A stretch of DNA of 64,000 nucleotides from Flaccisagitta enflata (taxonomy: Eukaryota), in contig OZ231126.1 in NCBI GenBank assembly GCA_965153355.1, forward strand, positions 34,348,001 through 34,412,000, in the 5' to 3' direction. The position numbers and the translations under genes were made by a program. Shown piece after piece: positions 1 to 13,217 of this stretch; position 1 is the first letter of the stretch, and each line of letters opens with the position of its first letter. The notes beneath the pieces are model-generated. The model saw only the letters and a program-made list of their open reading frames with translations, was not told the origin of the DNA and made no database searches.

Positions 1-95
1 GACAGACCGACAGACGGACGGACCAATGGACGGACCAACAAACCAAAGGACAGACCCTTTTATAGAGATGCGTTCCTGACGGACGCATCTAAAAA
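1..95 (-). mobile_element. HINE class B (GATGCGTC), 5' end, truncated by window edge
   Basis: Reverse complement reads TTTTTAGATGCGTCCGTCAGGAACGCATCTCTATA followed by GTCC/GTCG microsatellite; same start as the copy at 9644. Confidence 0.8.
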
Positions 96-229
96 GAAGA
101 TGGCAGAATAGAGACAGGAGAGGAGGAGAAGGAGGAGGAGAAAAACAAAAGGATCTTACAATAAAGAAAAGGAAAGGTGTGCAAAAAAAAGTAGGAAGAA
201 TGGAGCGAAACAAGGAAGTAAGAGGGGGC

Positions 230-411
230 GGAGGAGAAAAAAAGAAAGAAGAGAAAGGAGAAGAAGAAAAAGAAGAAAAAGAAGAAGAAGGAGAAGAAGA
301 AGAAGAAGAAGAAGAAGAAAAAGAAAAAGAAGAAGAGGAAGAAGAAGAAGACGAAGAAGAAGAAGAAGAAGAAGAAGAAAGAGAAGAAGGGGAAGAAGAA
401 GAAGAAGAAGA
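230..411. repeat. imperfect (GAA)n microsatellite; resumes at 5087-5180
   Basis: Read directly; explains the Glu/Lys/Phe/Leu homopolymer ORFs. Confidence 0.95.
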
Positions 412-822
412 GAGTGAGGGCCGTGAGCATTAGGAGACCCCCGAGTCTCCAAGACTCTCGGAGACTGCCTGGAGAGCTCTCCAACTCTCCGAGACTCTCC
501 GAGACTCTCCGAGATTCTCCTGGGATAAAGGTTGGTCGCGCTCGATCAAACCAGGTTTTGATGTGTGTCATTGACCATCAAATCATCTGTACCATCTGTA
601 ACTTGTGAGCATTGGTCACTTTTCACCAAGCCCTTATCTCCAATCACTGCATTTTTTTTATTTGTTAGATCAAATCAACAGCAATTGTATATATTGATTG
701 TACTGAAAATCAGAGAAAAATATAAGAAAAGACGCTACATATCTTGAATGCCAAATTGATTAGAATTGTTTTTCTATTATTAACAGTAAATACACTATTT
801 ATTCAAAATTCTATCATTTTAG

Positions 823-1130
823 GAAACTTTGAATCAATATTTGATCATCATAACAACGTACTACCAGAAAAATTGGAACAAATATGTCTCCTTACAAAAA
901 AAATTTAAAAAATTAAAAGAAATCTTTACTCAATTTAGCAGTGAATCTATGGAAGAAAAAATCAACATCAACTTATCTATTTTTGTATCACTTTTAACAA
1001 ACACATAATGATGTAACAGTACCAAAGGAATAAACAAAATATTACATCAAGCACTTTATCTGACAATCTAAATTCTTTATTGAAGCATCTTAACAAAATT
1101 ATGATTTGGCACTTAAGAATCATGTAATAA
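823..1130 (+). pseudogene. possible degraded transposase fragment
   Basis: After a TTTTAG acceptor the frame reads ETLNQYLIII...LSIFVSLLTNT**CNSTKGINKILHQALYLTI*ILY*SILTKL, only loosely reminiscent of hAT transposase helical regions; several stops. Confidence 0.25.
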
Positions 1131-1270
1131 AACATGATTTGAAAGTCATGGCAGATGCAGAAAATCATGATTCCACTGCCTAAAAGCTTACTCCAAACAC
1201 CTCCTAAAATTATTCTACAAAGATTTCATGGTCAATATCAGGGATGCTAACATATATGCCTCAAGCAATG

Positions 1271-1609
1271 GCAGCCGGTTATCCTATAATTTTTATGATC
1301 CTAGAATTGTTGGTTAGAAAGCTTACGATTGTAAGATTCCTAAACTCTTTTACAATGGGAAAAAGTGTTTTTCCTTCATAACCCAAAAAGTGCTAAATTG
1401 ATTTTTTTCATTTTTTGGGCCAATATCAATAATGAGACCACTTACCTTTGCCAAATGAAATTGTCATCGCCACTCTTCTATAAATAGGTGAAATATGATG
1501 ATGAATGTGGCTTTCTACAATGCTTACAATTCTAGGTTTTCTTGCTTAGAAAGCTTACGATTCTAGAAACTTGGGTAGAAAGCTTACGATTCTAGGTCTT
1601 CTATGACTT
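1271..1609 (+). repeat. ~340-bp dispersed repeat, copy 1 (inverted relative to 4560-4895)
   Basis: Reverse complement aligns along its length with 4560-4895; internal repeats of AGAAAGCTTACGATTCTAG. Confidence 0.9.
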
Positions 1610-2196
1610 AGTCTCCCAATAAAATGTAAAATTACTATAAGTCGATCTTTCGCTCATGATTCAATCTCTTTCGTCACTTACTATGAGAGGGTGTATTGGT
1701 AGGCCCATTTTAAGGTCCACTAAAAGGTAACCCAAATTTCTGGCTGACATGAAAATGAACAAAAAATGATTTTATGCCCATCTGTGTAGCTGCCCCTGCC
1801 TAACCACAAACGACTACGTCTCTAATTCTTCAGCCAGTCGCACTTGTTTTTTATTCATCCCATTGTTCACTTTCTTGATACTAGGTCCATTTGTATGACG
1901 AGTAAAAGTGCGCATTTTATTCAATAATGTATATTGCCTCCTTTTTAAATACCTTAATGTAACAAAACATAACATAAGAAATGCAAATGAGGATATTTTC
2001 AGAAGAACATCAGCGCTTCCCTTTGGATGATTTTTTGCCGGGCTGGTCCACTCCTTTAACAGGATGTCTCGCCTTAATCGCCTCTGGTGAAAGATTCTGC
2101 GCAGCAGCAGCCGAGGAAACCCTTTCTTCCTCTTCGTCGCTTTCAATTTGGTTGTGCGAGACTCTGATCCTTCCTCCACGAAGTTCCTTTATAAAA

Positions 2197-2615
2197 AACA
2201 AGGCCAACACCTATAAGCCGCGTGCGAGACTTACAGACTTCGAATGACGTAGAAAGACTTAGAATGACTTAGAATGACTTAGAATGACTTAGAATGACTT
2301 AGAATGACTTACAGTGACTTAAAATGACTATAAAAGACTCTTAATGACTAATGACCCTAATGACCAAAAATGACTTAAAATGACTTAGAATGACTTAGAA
2401 TGACTTAAAATGACTTAGAATGACTTAGAATGACTTGGAATAACTACTAATGCCTTTAAATGACTTAAAATGACTTAAGAGTTGACGTTATATCGTAAAA
2501 AAGTAAAGTATGACGGACGGACCGACGGACCGACGGACGGACGGACGGACGGATGGACGGACGGACTGACGGACCGACAAAGCGGGGTGTAGAGTCGCGT
2601 GCACGCGACTAAAAA
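2197..2615 (-). mobile_element. HINE class A (GTCGCGTG) with 10-bp AGAATGACTT array
   Basis: 5' palindrome AGTCGCGTGCACGCGACT next to a T-run, GTCC microsatellite, 10-bp array, 3' subTIR and GGCCTTGTT end. Confidence 0.9.
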
Positions 2616-3314
2616 GAACAATACAAGATACACAGCACTCAAATCCTATGAGGGTTACAAAACACTTAAAAACAACTTTGTAACCAACAGACGCACGGAT
2701 CAACATGAGTATATGTCACCTTGCATCTGTCGGCTGTTGCATGTCAAAGTGTGCTTTTAGTCAGCTTAGTTGCAGAAGAACTAAGATACCGTATTTCCTA
2801 CATTTATTGCCCCCTCCTCAAATCAGCACCCCCCCTTCATTGTTTTATTGTACTGAATTATGAAATAAATAAAATGACTAACGACTTAAATTGACTTAAA
2901 ATGACCTAAAATGACTTAAAATGATGTTATTTGACCTAAAATTACCTAATTTACTCAAAAGGGGTTAAAAGGAATAAAACCAATAAATAAAGTAAAACTT
3001 GACCGATTGACTGACCAACCGATGGACAAAGCAGGGTATAGAATCGCGTAGATCAAAAAGAAAATAAAGTCCTAGGGTTGCTATATTCCATATTGAAGCA
3101 GGCAGGTTGGCAGTGGCAAACAATCTCCCCTCCACAGACATTAATACACGACAAACACACGCACGTGCACCGACACGCACACAATCACACACACAGTCTC
3201 GCACAATCACACACACAGTCTTACACAATCACACACACAGTCTCACTCACACACGCACAAACACAGTCTCACACAGACACAGACACAGACACACACAGAC
3301 ACACACAGACACAG

Positions 3315-3349
<35 letters not shown>

Positions 3350-4400
3350 AAATGAGCGTTTTAACACCGATTCAATCATTACCGTAAATGGACCAACAGA
3401 CAAGGGGATGGATGATGGTTGGACAGAAGTGAAACAAAATATCTTGCCTTCTCGGCTTGTTTCAACTGTTCCATGGTTTCTGGATTTGGTGTTCCATTTG
3501 GACTTTTCTTGACTTTCTGATGACTTGGATCATCTTCTTGTGATACTTCAAGTAGGCTTTTGGATCCGTCATTGCATCTGTTATTAGATACGGATATTTG
3601 AGCTTGATATTCATGATTGGGAAAACAAGGCTGTATACACATCAAGCTTAGCAGTAATATAGTAAGTGGGGGAGGTTTGGGTGTGTCAATTCACAAGTCT
3701 GATCAACAACCACATCACTCAAGGACAACATGTGTTAAGTCACAGAGCAAATGAAGGCATAATCAGACAACCATCATGCAAAAATATCATAAATACAAAT
3801 AAATGAATAAATTTATCTACCAGTAATGGTGGCTTTTGCCGCAAGGAAAAAAGTCGAAAGCGTTGGTCAGTTTTTACCAAGCTTTTATTTCAACCACGGC
3901 AATTTTTTTTTTTTGTTAGATCAAATCAAGAGCTATTGATTGCACTGATAATCAGAGAAGTGCTGAAATATCTATAATCATTCAACAGACAACCAGCTCT
4001 GCTCACAAACATGCTTTCTTGATTACTGTGCATTGAATGGAAAGACTTTTTAAGGGGAACAAAAACTTAAATAAGAATAAGATTTTTAAAATTGTTTGAC
4101 ACGGGAAAAAAATGCTTCAGGATTAGTGGACATATCAAGTATTATTGGATCTTGAAGGATCAAACCAGAAAATCAAAGTAAGGTTTTTACTTGTCTCATT
4201 TGAGTTGATAATTGAAAAGCTAGGCTTGGTAAAGCGCAAGAAGAGCGCCTCAACCAACTAGGGGACCCATCAATGGGCACACCAACAGCCACACCCTTGT
4301 AAAGACGCACATAGAAAGGAGGCTACTTCATCCATCTGCAAGTAGAGGGGCCTAGGGGGCAAATGATTCCAAGACCGAGTATAGGTATTCAGGCGGGAGC

Positions 4401-4560
4401 AATGATGTGAAAAAGCTGGATGCCATGCATAAAAGTATTTCTGTCTTAGAATAGGGGCCATGGACTAACGTGGGGGTAATGATGTGAAAAAGCCGTGTGC
4501 CATGCATAAAAGTATTTCTGTCTCTGAAATAGGGGCCATGGAATAACCTGTGGGTAATGA
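4401..4560. repeat. ~77-bp tandem duplication
   Basis: AATGATGTGAAAAAGC...GCCATGCATAAAAGTATTTCTGTCT...ATAGGGGCCATGGA starts at 4401 and again at 4478. Confidence 0.9.
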
Positions 4561-4895
4561 ATCACAGAAGACCTAGAATCGTAAGCTTCCTACCCAAGTT
4601 TCTAGAATCGTAAGCTTTCTAAGCTAGAAAATCTAGAATCGTAAGCATTGTAGAAAGCCACATTCATCATCGTATTTCCCCTTTTTATAGAAGAGTGGCG
4701 ATGACAATTTCATTTGGCAAAGGTAAGTGGTCTCATTATTGATATTGACACAAGAAATGAAAAAAAATCGATTTAGCACTTTTTGGGTTATAAAGGAAAA
4801 ACACTTTTTCCCATTGTAAAAGTCTAGGAATCTTACAATCGTAACCCTTCTAACCCATAATTCTAGGATCATAAGAATTATAGGATAACCAGCTG
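4560..4895 (-). repeat. ~340-bp dispersed repeat, copy 2
   Basis: Reverse complement of 1271-1609. Confidence 0.9.
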
Positions 4896-5146
4896 AATGG
4901 AGGAGAAAGAGGGCCTCCAAAAGTCCTCCACAAGCCCTCCTCAAGCCCTCCGCCTCCTCCACCATTGGGAGAGGTTAAAGAGGGGAGTGTTTTCATGAGT
5001 TCTGGTGACCATGGAACCCTCATTATGGTTCTATGGGTCTGGAGGAGGTCTCAATCACGGTCTCCTAAGGCCTACGGCCCTAACTGGAGGAAGAAGAAGA
5101 AGAAGAAGAAGAAGAAGAAGAAGAAGAAGAAGAAGAAGAAGAAGAA

Positions 5147-5178
<32 letters not shown>

Positions 5179-5241
5179 AGGAAACGAAAGGCCGGCGCGT
5201 AATGACGGGAAACGGGCGTCAGTTGATGTGAGCGGCGGATT

Positions 5242-5378
5242 GGATTGTTAGTTGATAGGATTGGATTGTTAGTTGATAGGAGTGGATTGTTAGTTGATAG
5301 GAGTGGATTGTTAGTTGATAGGAGTGGATTGTTAGTTGATGTGAGCGTCGGATTGTTAGTTGATAGGAGTGGATTGTC
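5242..5378. repeat. 21-bp minisatellite GGATTGTTAGTTGATAGGAGT, about 6 units
   Basis: Read directly. Confidence 0.9.
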
Positions 5379-5739
5379 GGATCCTCGCCGTTCTTTGTAA
5401 TCCAGTTTCGCGGACGTTAATACAAAAACTTGTCGGTTAATTTACGAGCGCTACATGACGTATTATTCCTTTCTATCGCCCCCCCCCTCTATCTAGCGCT
5501 CCCCTTCCTTTTTCTGCTCTCACAATTTATGTAAGATAGCCAATGAAAAAAAAATTAGGATATAGACCTTGAGGCTAAAATATGGGCCTCGAGGTGGGGG
5601 GGGGGGGTGACAAAGGAGAAGAAGGAAGAGAAATTATCCCATAAGTGAATGCATAGATCATCGACCCCGATGGTGCTGCTGCCCAAAAAAGATAAAAACT
5701 CTCATTATTCTGAGTGCTTTCCTTAGTGATTGTTTAATA

Positions 5740-6687
5740 CCCTGTCTTCAAAATCAACTGCAACCAACAAAAGATGTATGGCGCAAAAACTATTCGCATC
5801 TGTTCATTTGGATTTGTTCTATCTAGTAGCAAATTACCTGCGGTTTTTTCATGCAAAATTTCAGCACCTATAGTCAAATAGTTTAGCTTTTATGCCAGTT
5901 TCATGTAAAAACCCTTATCTTGCTTGACAGTTTTTAGTTGCGGACACGCAACTCTATAAGAGGCTTTGTCCGTCCGTCGGTTGGTCGGTCGGTTGGTCGG
6001 TTGGTTGGTTGGTCGGTTGGTCGGTCCGTAGAGGTGATCGAGTCGAAAAGTGGGAAAACGCGCATTTCCGCCCCTGCCCACCCGTCCGCAACTGGTGGCC
6101 GTGTATCCGGCCTTGTTCATTTTAGACTGGAAAGGAGGTCTTCCACCTTAAAACTATATAATTTCTAAATGCTTTGAGCCAGACTTCTGGGATTGGACTC
6201 AAATTAAAGATTTTTTGCAGGGGATCATGCTAGATTAAAAAAAAAACAGCAAAAAGAACCAAATTCATATGTTTTTTCATTGTTTTTCCAAGATTTTTCA
6301 TGTTTCGCTTACTTTTCATGTTAAAAATTCTTTTTTTATGTTAGGAATTTCTTAAAATTGTATATCATTTGACAAAAAAACAAATTTGTAAGCAAAAGAA
6401 CCTCCATTGGGATCAGCTTAAACATTTTGTATCAATATTTGCTCTATTTTTACAAAATCAAAGAGGCTAAACTCCTTTATTCCAAGTCAAAATCCCAATA
6501 TTTTGATGAATTTGTGGTACTTTTCAAAATATCATAGAAGCTAAACTACTTGGCTTCAGGTGCTGAAATTTTGCATTAAACAACCGCAGGCAATATGCTA
6601 ATAGATAGAAGAAACCCGAATCTTAAAATATGAATAGTTTTTGCGCAATACATCTTTTGTTGGTTGCAGTTGATTTTGAAGACAGGG
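5740..6687. mobile_element. MITE with ~150-bp imperfect TIRs and TA TSD (Tc1/mariner-type)
   Basis: CCCTGTCTTCAAAATCAACTGCAACCAACAAAAGATGTAT at the left and its exact complement at the right; TA at 5738-5739 and 6688-6689. Confidence 0.9.
5931..6117 (+). mobile_element. HINE class C (GTTGCGGAC) inserted in the MITE
   Basis: TTTTTAGTTGCGGACACGCAACTCTATAAGAGG...GTCCGCAACTGGTGGCCGTGTATCCGGCCTTGTT. Confidence 0.9.
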
Positions 6688-7920
6688 TAAAAAAAACCTG
6701 AGAATTTGATTTTGGTTTTTACTCTTGTAAATTCTAAAAATGTTTCAAAAAAAACATAAAGAATAGAATATCATTTTTATTGCAAGAAAGCGCTCATTGA
6801 ATGGTAAAATGATTATGTTATTTTTAATTTCCAAAGCGCCTGGGGGCGCTAAATAGCGAAAACACGGTAAGCGTCACATTCAATTTTCCTGGCGTGCGTG
6901 CGCGGTTTGCGTGCGATTCCTCACACACTGCGACGGCCTTCACATGAGTGCGCACAACGCTGCCAACCAGCTCACGCTTGAATAAACCCCGTCGAACAAA
7001 TAAAGAATATTATCGACAGAAGCATATTGAGATTTGAGAGAGGCGAATAATAGATAAGATGGGAGGAGGGAGGAAAGCGGGCGGATGAGATGGGAGGAAA
7101 AGGGGCAGACAAGAATAGGATGGTAACGATACAAAACGTGAATTGTAATGTTTGGCCCCAAACTGTTGGTTAACAGCCGCAGATGGGACTTGTCGCGGAG
7201 CGGCGCGGACAAACCATCATGTCTTGACTATGTTACCAAACAACCAATAAAGCCAACCAACAAAGCCTTGGCACACATTCAACTACAAACATTACCAAAC
7301 ACAATCTTTTCAATTGATATCTAGCCGCCCAATGAACACAGCAGCTGGCATTCGTCGGACAAACAACAGTATATATGATTTAACATTCTCCAGCGCCTCC
7401 ATTTTTCGAAGATCGCGAATGGGACTTCCTCAGGCTGGCCGGCCGGCGTCTCATCCCTGCAACCGGCCGGCCGTCTCCGAGGCAGACTCGACTCAAACTA
7501 CGACATTTGCTGTTGTAAAACCAAAAGAAAATCTGGTATAGCAATTTAACTTTGTGATGCAATAAAAAACGCAATGGTGACAATGGTCATGAGTCATGAC
7601 CATTGTCATCATTGTCATGTCATCATTGTCATGTCATCATTGTCATCATGACTCATGACTTATCATAAGCGTATCATGAGATATAGAACCCGTCCCCGTA
7701 TCCGTCCCTTCCTTATAACCGTCACCCAACCCCCCGAAGATGGTATGTTGGGGTAAAACCCCCTCACCCCTTCCACTTCTATTTGTAACTCCACTCATTT
7801 TCTCTCTTTTTTTTTCTTTCTTTGGGAATTGAATCTCTTCTGTTCCAGATTTTAGGAACGTGATCCTTTGACTAGTCAACTGGTCTTCTCCTCTGCCCCT
7901 GGCTCTGCTACTGGTTCTCC

Positions 7921-8166
<246 letters not shown>

Positions 8167-8567
8167 GATTCAATATCCTAAAGTGCGTCAATTCACAAGA
8201 TTTTGGCACGTTCGCATTTTCGCTTGTCATCGCGCCGCGTAGATTTTTTTGACGATTACAATTACTGTTGACTCGAAAAGAGACAGTTTTAAAAAGACAC
8301 AATGGCGCCTCCTTTACCTCTTCCCCACCTAATTACTGTCTAACGAGCCTTTTCATTTTTCTTCTTTTTTTTTCTTTTTTTTTTTTCCTTTTCTCCTTTA
8401 TCCGTTTTTTGTTTTCTTTTTTTTTTTTGCTTACTTGTTTTTCTATTCGTATCTCTGCCATTCTAATTCTACGAACGCTGAAGCACGTCCACTGAGGTTA
8501 AGTCCATTCGGTCGTTGGTGTGTCTGTCTGTCTGTTGGTCAAGCACTCGTTGGTCGATACACCTCTG

Positions 8568-9097
8568 TTTTTTAGGTGCGCCATAGCACCTCTATAAGAG
8601 GCTCTGTCCCTCTGTCGGTCGGTCTGTCTGTCTGTCGGTCACGCTCTAATGAAAAATCGCTGAAAATGTTTGAAATCAATTGAAAGCTCATCAATGATGA
8701 TACTCGTCATTGATGATACTCAACATTTCATCCACTAAAGTAATCAGCTACGGTTAGGATAGGTCTGATAGAGCTGGTGATAGGTCGGATAGGTCTGATA
8801 GAGCTCGGCATAGGCCTTGTAGAGATTGGCATAGGTCTGATTGAGGTAGGGATACTAGGGATAGGTCTGATAGAGCTAGGGATAGATCTGATAGAGCTCA
8901 GGATAGGTCTGATAGAGCTAGGGATAGGTCTGATAGAGTTGGTGATAGGTCAGATAGGTCTGATAGAGCTCGGGATAGGTCTGATAGAGCTAGGAATAGG
9001 TCTGATAGAGCTAGGGATAGGTCTTATGGAGCTAGGGATAGGTCTAAGAATAAATAACGCCCGGCGCACCGTCTTGACCCGTGTATCCGGCCTTGTT
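8568..9097 (+). mobile_element. HINE class D (GGTGCGCC) with 21-bp array GGGATAGGTCTGATAGAGCTA (about 8757-9047)
   Basis: TTTTTTAGGTGCGCCATAGCACCTCTATAAGAGG...GGCGCACC-GTCTTGACCCGTGTATCCGGCCTTGTT. Confidence 0.88.
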
Positions 9098-9156
9098 TTT
9101 TCTTTTTCTTTTTTGTCCTGTCATCATCTTTTTTCGATCGATTTTCCCCTCAGGCT

Positions 9157-9641
9157 TTTTGGTCAGCGGCCCTGAAGGGGAAAAAGTACTGTAGAACACA
9201 TTGCAGTCCCTCCATCAAGCTGTCCATTTGTCCATCTGTCCATTTGTGCAACCTCCCCCCTCTGATCAAGCCTCTTAGGCCTAAAATCTGCCCTCCTAAG
9301 CCTTAAATCAGGTCTCTTAGAGCCTCAAATCAGCTCTCTCAGGTTTTCAATCTGCCCACTCTCTCCTCAAATCATCCCTCTTAGGCTTATTTGGCATCAA
9401 ATCAACCTAGCCACACCTAAAATCAGCCTTTGCAGGCCTTGAATAAACCTGCACAACATCATAAGCTCTCAATCAGCCTTCATCAACTCTTTTAAGCAGG
9501 ACAAAAGAAAGTCACCCTATGTTCTACAGAACTTTGTCACCTTCAGGGCCGCTACTTTGCTTCCTTATATTCAGTGTCACCTGATTAGGTATTGCAGGGC
9601 ATAGGGTACCGCTGACCACATATTGCCCAAGAGCTACTGTT
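9157..9641 (+). mobile_element. degenerate class E element (long subterminal IRs, 21-bp array)
   Basis: Diverged match to 13912-14606 at both IRs and at the GCTGACCACATATTGCCC tail. Confidence 0.75.
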
Positions 9642-9643
9642 TC

Positions 9644-9913
9644 TTTTTAGATGCGTCCGTCAGGAACGCATCTCTATAAGAGGGTCTGTCCGCCCGTCCG
9701 TCCGTCCGTCCGTCCGTTACGCCTGTGCAAAAACCGCGTTTCTCAACTGTTTTTGGCTACGGTGAGATAATACACTGAAACAAATGATCAACCAACATGT
9801 TTTGAGAGTCCTTTCACCCGTCTGTTCGTCCACCTGTCTCTTTATACATTTGTCACATGATCAATAGACGCTGAGACACAGCCCGGACGCATCGTTGCCC
9901 GGTCGGGCTTGTT
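9644..9913 (+). mobile_element. HINE class B
   Basis: AGATGCGTCC..GCATCTCTATAAGAGGG, GTCC tract, 3' GGACGCATC plus hairpin GCCCGGTCGGGC and TTGTT. Confidence 0.9.
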
Positions 9914-9925
9914 TTTCGTTTGCTC

Positions 9926-10240
9926 TTTTTAGATGCGTCCTCGCATCTCTATAAGAGGGTTTGTCCGTCCGTCCGTCGGTCGGTCCGTCGGTCGGTCCGT
10001 CCGTCCGTCCGTCCGTCCGTAGGTCCGTTACGCCTGTGCAAAAACCGCGTTTCTCGGTTGTTTTTGGCCACGGTGAGATCCTACACTGAAACAAATGATC
10101 AACCAGCATGTTTTGAGAGCCTCCTCTATTACTCAATCATTTCACCCGTCTGTTCGTCCATCTGTCTCTCCGTATATGTCACATGATCAATACACGCAGA
10201 GACACAGTCCGGACGCATCTTTGCCCGGTCGGGCTTGTTT
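9926..10240 (+). mobile_element. HINE class B, second adjacent copy
   Basis: Same architecture and body as 9644-9913, with a shorter 5' hairpin loop. Confidence 0.9.
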
Positions 10241-10338
10241 TCAGTGTTCATCTCCTCTTTCAATTTAATCATCTTAAAGCGGATTTCTTCAATTCCCTCC
10301 ATTTTGTGGATTTGTTTCCGATTGACGTTCGTTCAGAG

Positions 10339-10471
<133 letters not shown>

Positions 10472-10472
10472 C

Positions 10473-10547
<75 letters not shown>

Positions 10548-10840
10548 GACAGAGAGAGACAGACAGAAAGACAGACAGAGACAGAGACATAAAGACAGAG
10601 ACAGAGATCCTTTTAATCATGACGATAGGGAAAGGCGTGTCACTTCGCCCTTAAAATTCATGTTCATCGTTTATCTGATTAACAAGATGAAGACTGTTAA
10701 TCACAAAATGAACAAGATAAGAGGATTAGGCCTGTGATTTTTTTATTCTTTTTCTTCAATATCTTTGCCCAGATTCACGATGCTCTCCATGATGATGACC
10801 TTTTTTTTTCCTTATTCAAAATTGCAAATTGCAAGCTTTC

Positions 10841-11040
10841 TTTTTTTAGTCGCGTGCACGCGACTCTACAACCCGCTCTGTCCGTCGGTCGGTCGGTTGG
10901 TCGGTTGGTCCGTCACACTTTACTTTTTTTTATAATTTTATTTCTTGGACCTCACTGCTCCTGCCCACGTTGCCTAGTGACCTCAAATATGGCCCCTGCC
11001 CACCCGCACGCGACTTCGCCAGCCGTGTATCCGGCCTTTT
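10841..11040 (+). mobile_element. HINE class A (GCCCCTGCCCACCCG core variant)
   Basis: 5' palindrome, GTCG tract, CACGCGACT subTIR, GCCGTGTATCCGGC hairpin. Confidence 0.88.
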
Positions 11041-11146
11041 TTTCTACTAAGTGAGCCAAAACACGTTTCTAAGAGGTCGTGTCCGTCTGATTCTCGTATT
11101 TTGTCCATGGTGAGTCCTCGCTTGCATCTACTTCAAAATATGCATA

Positions 11147-11453
11147 CCGTATTTCCCCGCCCGGGGCGCTTACAAAATTGCAACAAGGCATTGCCTTTTT
11201 TACTTTCTAATTAGAAAAATTACTGAAAATTAAAGTAAAACAGAAGATTGAGGATAGGGAAAGATGAAAATATGTGATTTCAACAGAAAAATCCACACAT
11301 GAAGTTAATAAGAAACAAAAAATAAAGATAGTTTGTGTATTTATTATGTGTATCTATAATTTTCACAAGAATGAAAAGCTTAGTTGTGAGGGGATTTGTT
11401 TATAAAGAGGGGGGCGCTAATTAGAGGGGGGGCGTTGATTACAGGAAATATGG
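11147..11453. mobile_element. MITE with TA TSD (pogo/Tc1-type CCGTATTTCC ends)
   Basis: TA-CCGTATTTCC ... GGAAATATGG-TA; related ends at about 2787, 5460 and 6867. Confidence 0.75.
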
Positions 11454-11596
11454 TAGTTGCAAAGGGGACACATATTTTAATCGGTTCTCACGCGACGCAA
11501 ATTGAGGTGCATTCACAGCATCTCAGCTTTGGCGAGCCGTTGTGATGATAGAACACGCCGCACTCCAAGTCATAACACGCAGCACCGCGACCAAGC

Positions 11597-11750
11597 GCGA
11601 CGCTCTACAGCACCACTTCACCGCGACGCCCCGCAGCACCACGTCAACGCGACGCCACGCAGCACCACTTCAAAGCGACGCCCCGCAGCATCTCTTCATC
11701 GCGACGCCCCGCAGCATCACTTCAACGCGACGCCCCGCTACATCACAGCG
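11597..11750. repeat. 26-bp GC-rich minisatellite CGCGACGCCCCGCAGCACCACTTCAA, about 6 units
   Basis: Read directly. Confidence 0.9.
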
Positions 11751-12154
11751 CGGCCACAACCCGTGGTTTCCAATCGAGTTGTTTGTTTTGTCCGTCTGCC
11801 AGTGAAAAACGCTGATCACTGATCACAATATTCACGCCTTTTCTTTTCTTTGTCGCTCGTTCATCTTCCACTTCGCCAAAAGGAGGGAAAAAAGAAGATT
11901 ACCCCAGATGAAGGGAGAGCCTGAGAAAAAAAAAGGAATGAAGATTGATTCTTTTATCTATTTTTTGAAAAAGAGAAGGGGATGAGTAAAAAAGGAAAGA
12001 AAAAAAAGAGATCAAACAAGGTCGTACACACCGTTATCAGTGTTGAATGGCTAAGTGGGGGCAGAAATGCAAGATACGCTCATAAATTAAAAAGTGCTAC
12101 CGTATGGCAGATTGATCGACAGACTTACCGATAGAACGACCAGCTACTTTCCAA

Positions 12155-13217
12155 CAGCATGGGGGCTTTTGACCTAATCGGGAAAAAAGTCGAAGTCAGT
12201 CTTCGACTTTTTGACATATTCGAGAGAAACAGGGTTTTCATTTTCTTATGAGGAAGTTGCGGGTCTTGATCGACCAATTGGGGCCTCCAATGAAATTCAT
12301 AAGGTAAGTAAATTTGATAGTTCTCTTTCATTTGGCACCAAGCAAAATGCTCTATGACAAATATTTTTTGCGCTATGAATTTTAAAAGATATGATTATGA
12401 AAAATTTGAATGGAATTTTTTTGATTTTTTTTTATTTTGTGTAAGATCGATAAAAGAGTGTATTTATGTTTGTTTGAGCATGTAAATACAAGAAAACATG
12501 TTTATGAGCACAGCTACTTATCTGTGAGGGCGTTTTTGAGCATTTTAGCTCATTTAGCTCACTTAGCTCAGTCTATTCTTTTTGATTTCAAATTTGATAA
12601 ATGAATAAATATTTTCATACATCTTTAAACAAGCCAAGACAAGAAAGCGTATCAGTGAGCAGAGCCGCTCATCTGTGAGGGTGTTTTTAAAGATTCTAGC
12701 TCATTTAACTCATTTAGTTCGCTCTTTTTCTCTGATCTTTGAAAGGATGAATAAATTAAAGAAAGCAAGAAAGCAAGGCAGTGAGCAAAGCTGGTTGTCT
12801 GGTTGAATTATTTCAATATTTTAGCTCATCTGGCTCATTTGGCTCAGTTCTATTTTTCTGTGATTTTCAGTGCAATCAGTACATACAATTGCTTTTGATT
12901 CGAAGTAACAAATAAAAGAAATTTCAATGACTGAAGACAAAAACATGGTGAAAGTGACCAATGCTTACGACTTTTTTCCTTACGGCGACAGCCGCCATTA
13001 CTGGTAAGCTCAGATTCTTTAACAAGTTGATGGTAAAAGACAAACTTTCTAGATCTCTCCTATACATGTTCTATGGGAAATAAGGGGGTGGCGTCCCAGG
13101 TTTTGCATTATCCGATGGGTCTGAAATTTCAGGGTGGTCTTCTGCCATCAAATGGTGCATATAACCAGCGGACATTAATGATCTGAGCACATTAGGTCAA
13201 AAGCCCCCGGGCGGCTG
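12155..13217. mobile_element. TIR element inserted in a decayed class A HINE (about 12014-13266, minus strand)
   Basis: Perfect 18-bp IR GGGGGCTTTTGACCTAAT (12161-12178) / ATTAGGTCAAAAGCCCCC (13191-13208); possible 5-bp TSD TCCAA. Confidence 0.75.

Larger units (their letters stand above)
412..5086. mobile_element. putative decayed hAT-type DNA transposon (~4.7 kb including later insertions)
   Basis: Left end GAGTGAGGGCCGTGAGCATTAGGAGACC vs reverse complement of right end CAGTTAGGGCCGTAGGCCTTAGGAGACC; flanks GAAGAAGA/GAGGAAGA (7/8, but inside a GAA tract); it splits the GAA microsatellite. Confidence 0.5.

Noticed and set aside
3379-3645. 88-aa ORF, and an alternative frame AYLKYHKKMI resembling DYLKNIAKVI
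   Set aside because: A single short similarity without the family core or a signal exon, lying inside a probable TE relic.
5931-6117. tRNA-derived SINE interpretation of the short dispersed repeats
   Set aside because: No A/B boxes, poly(A) tails or TSDs; the termini fit Helentron-type elements.
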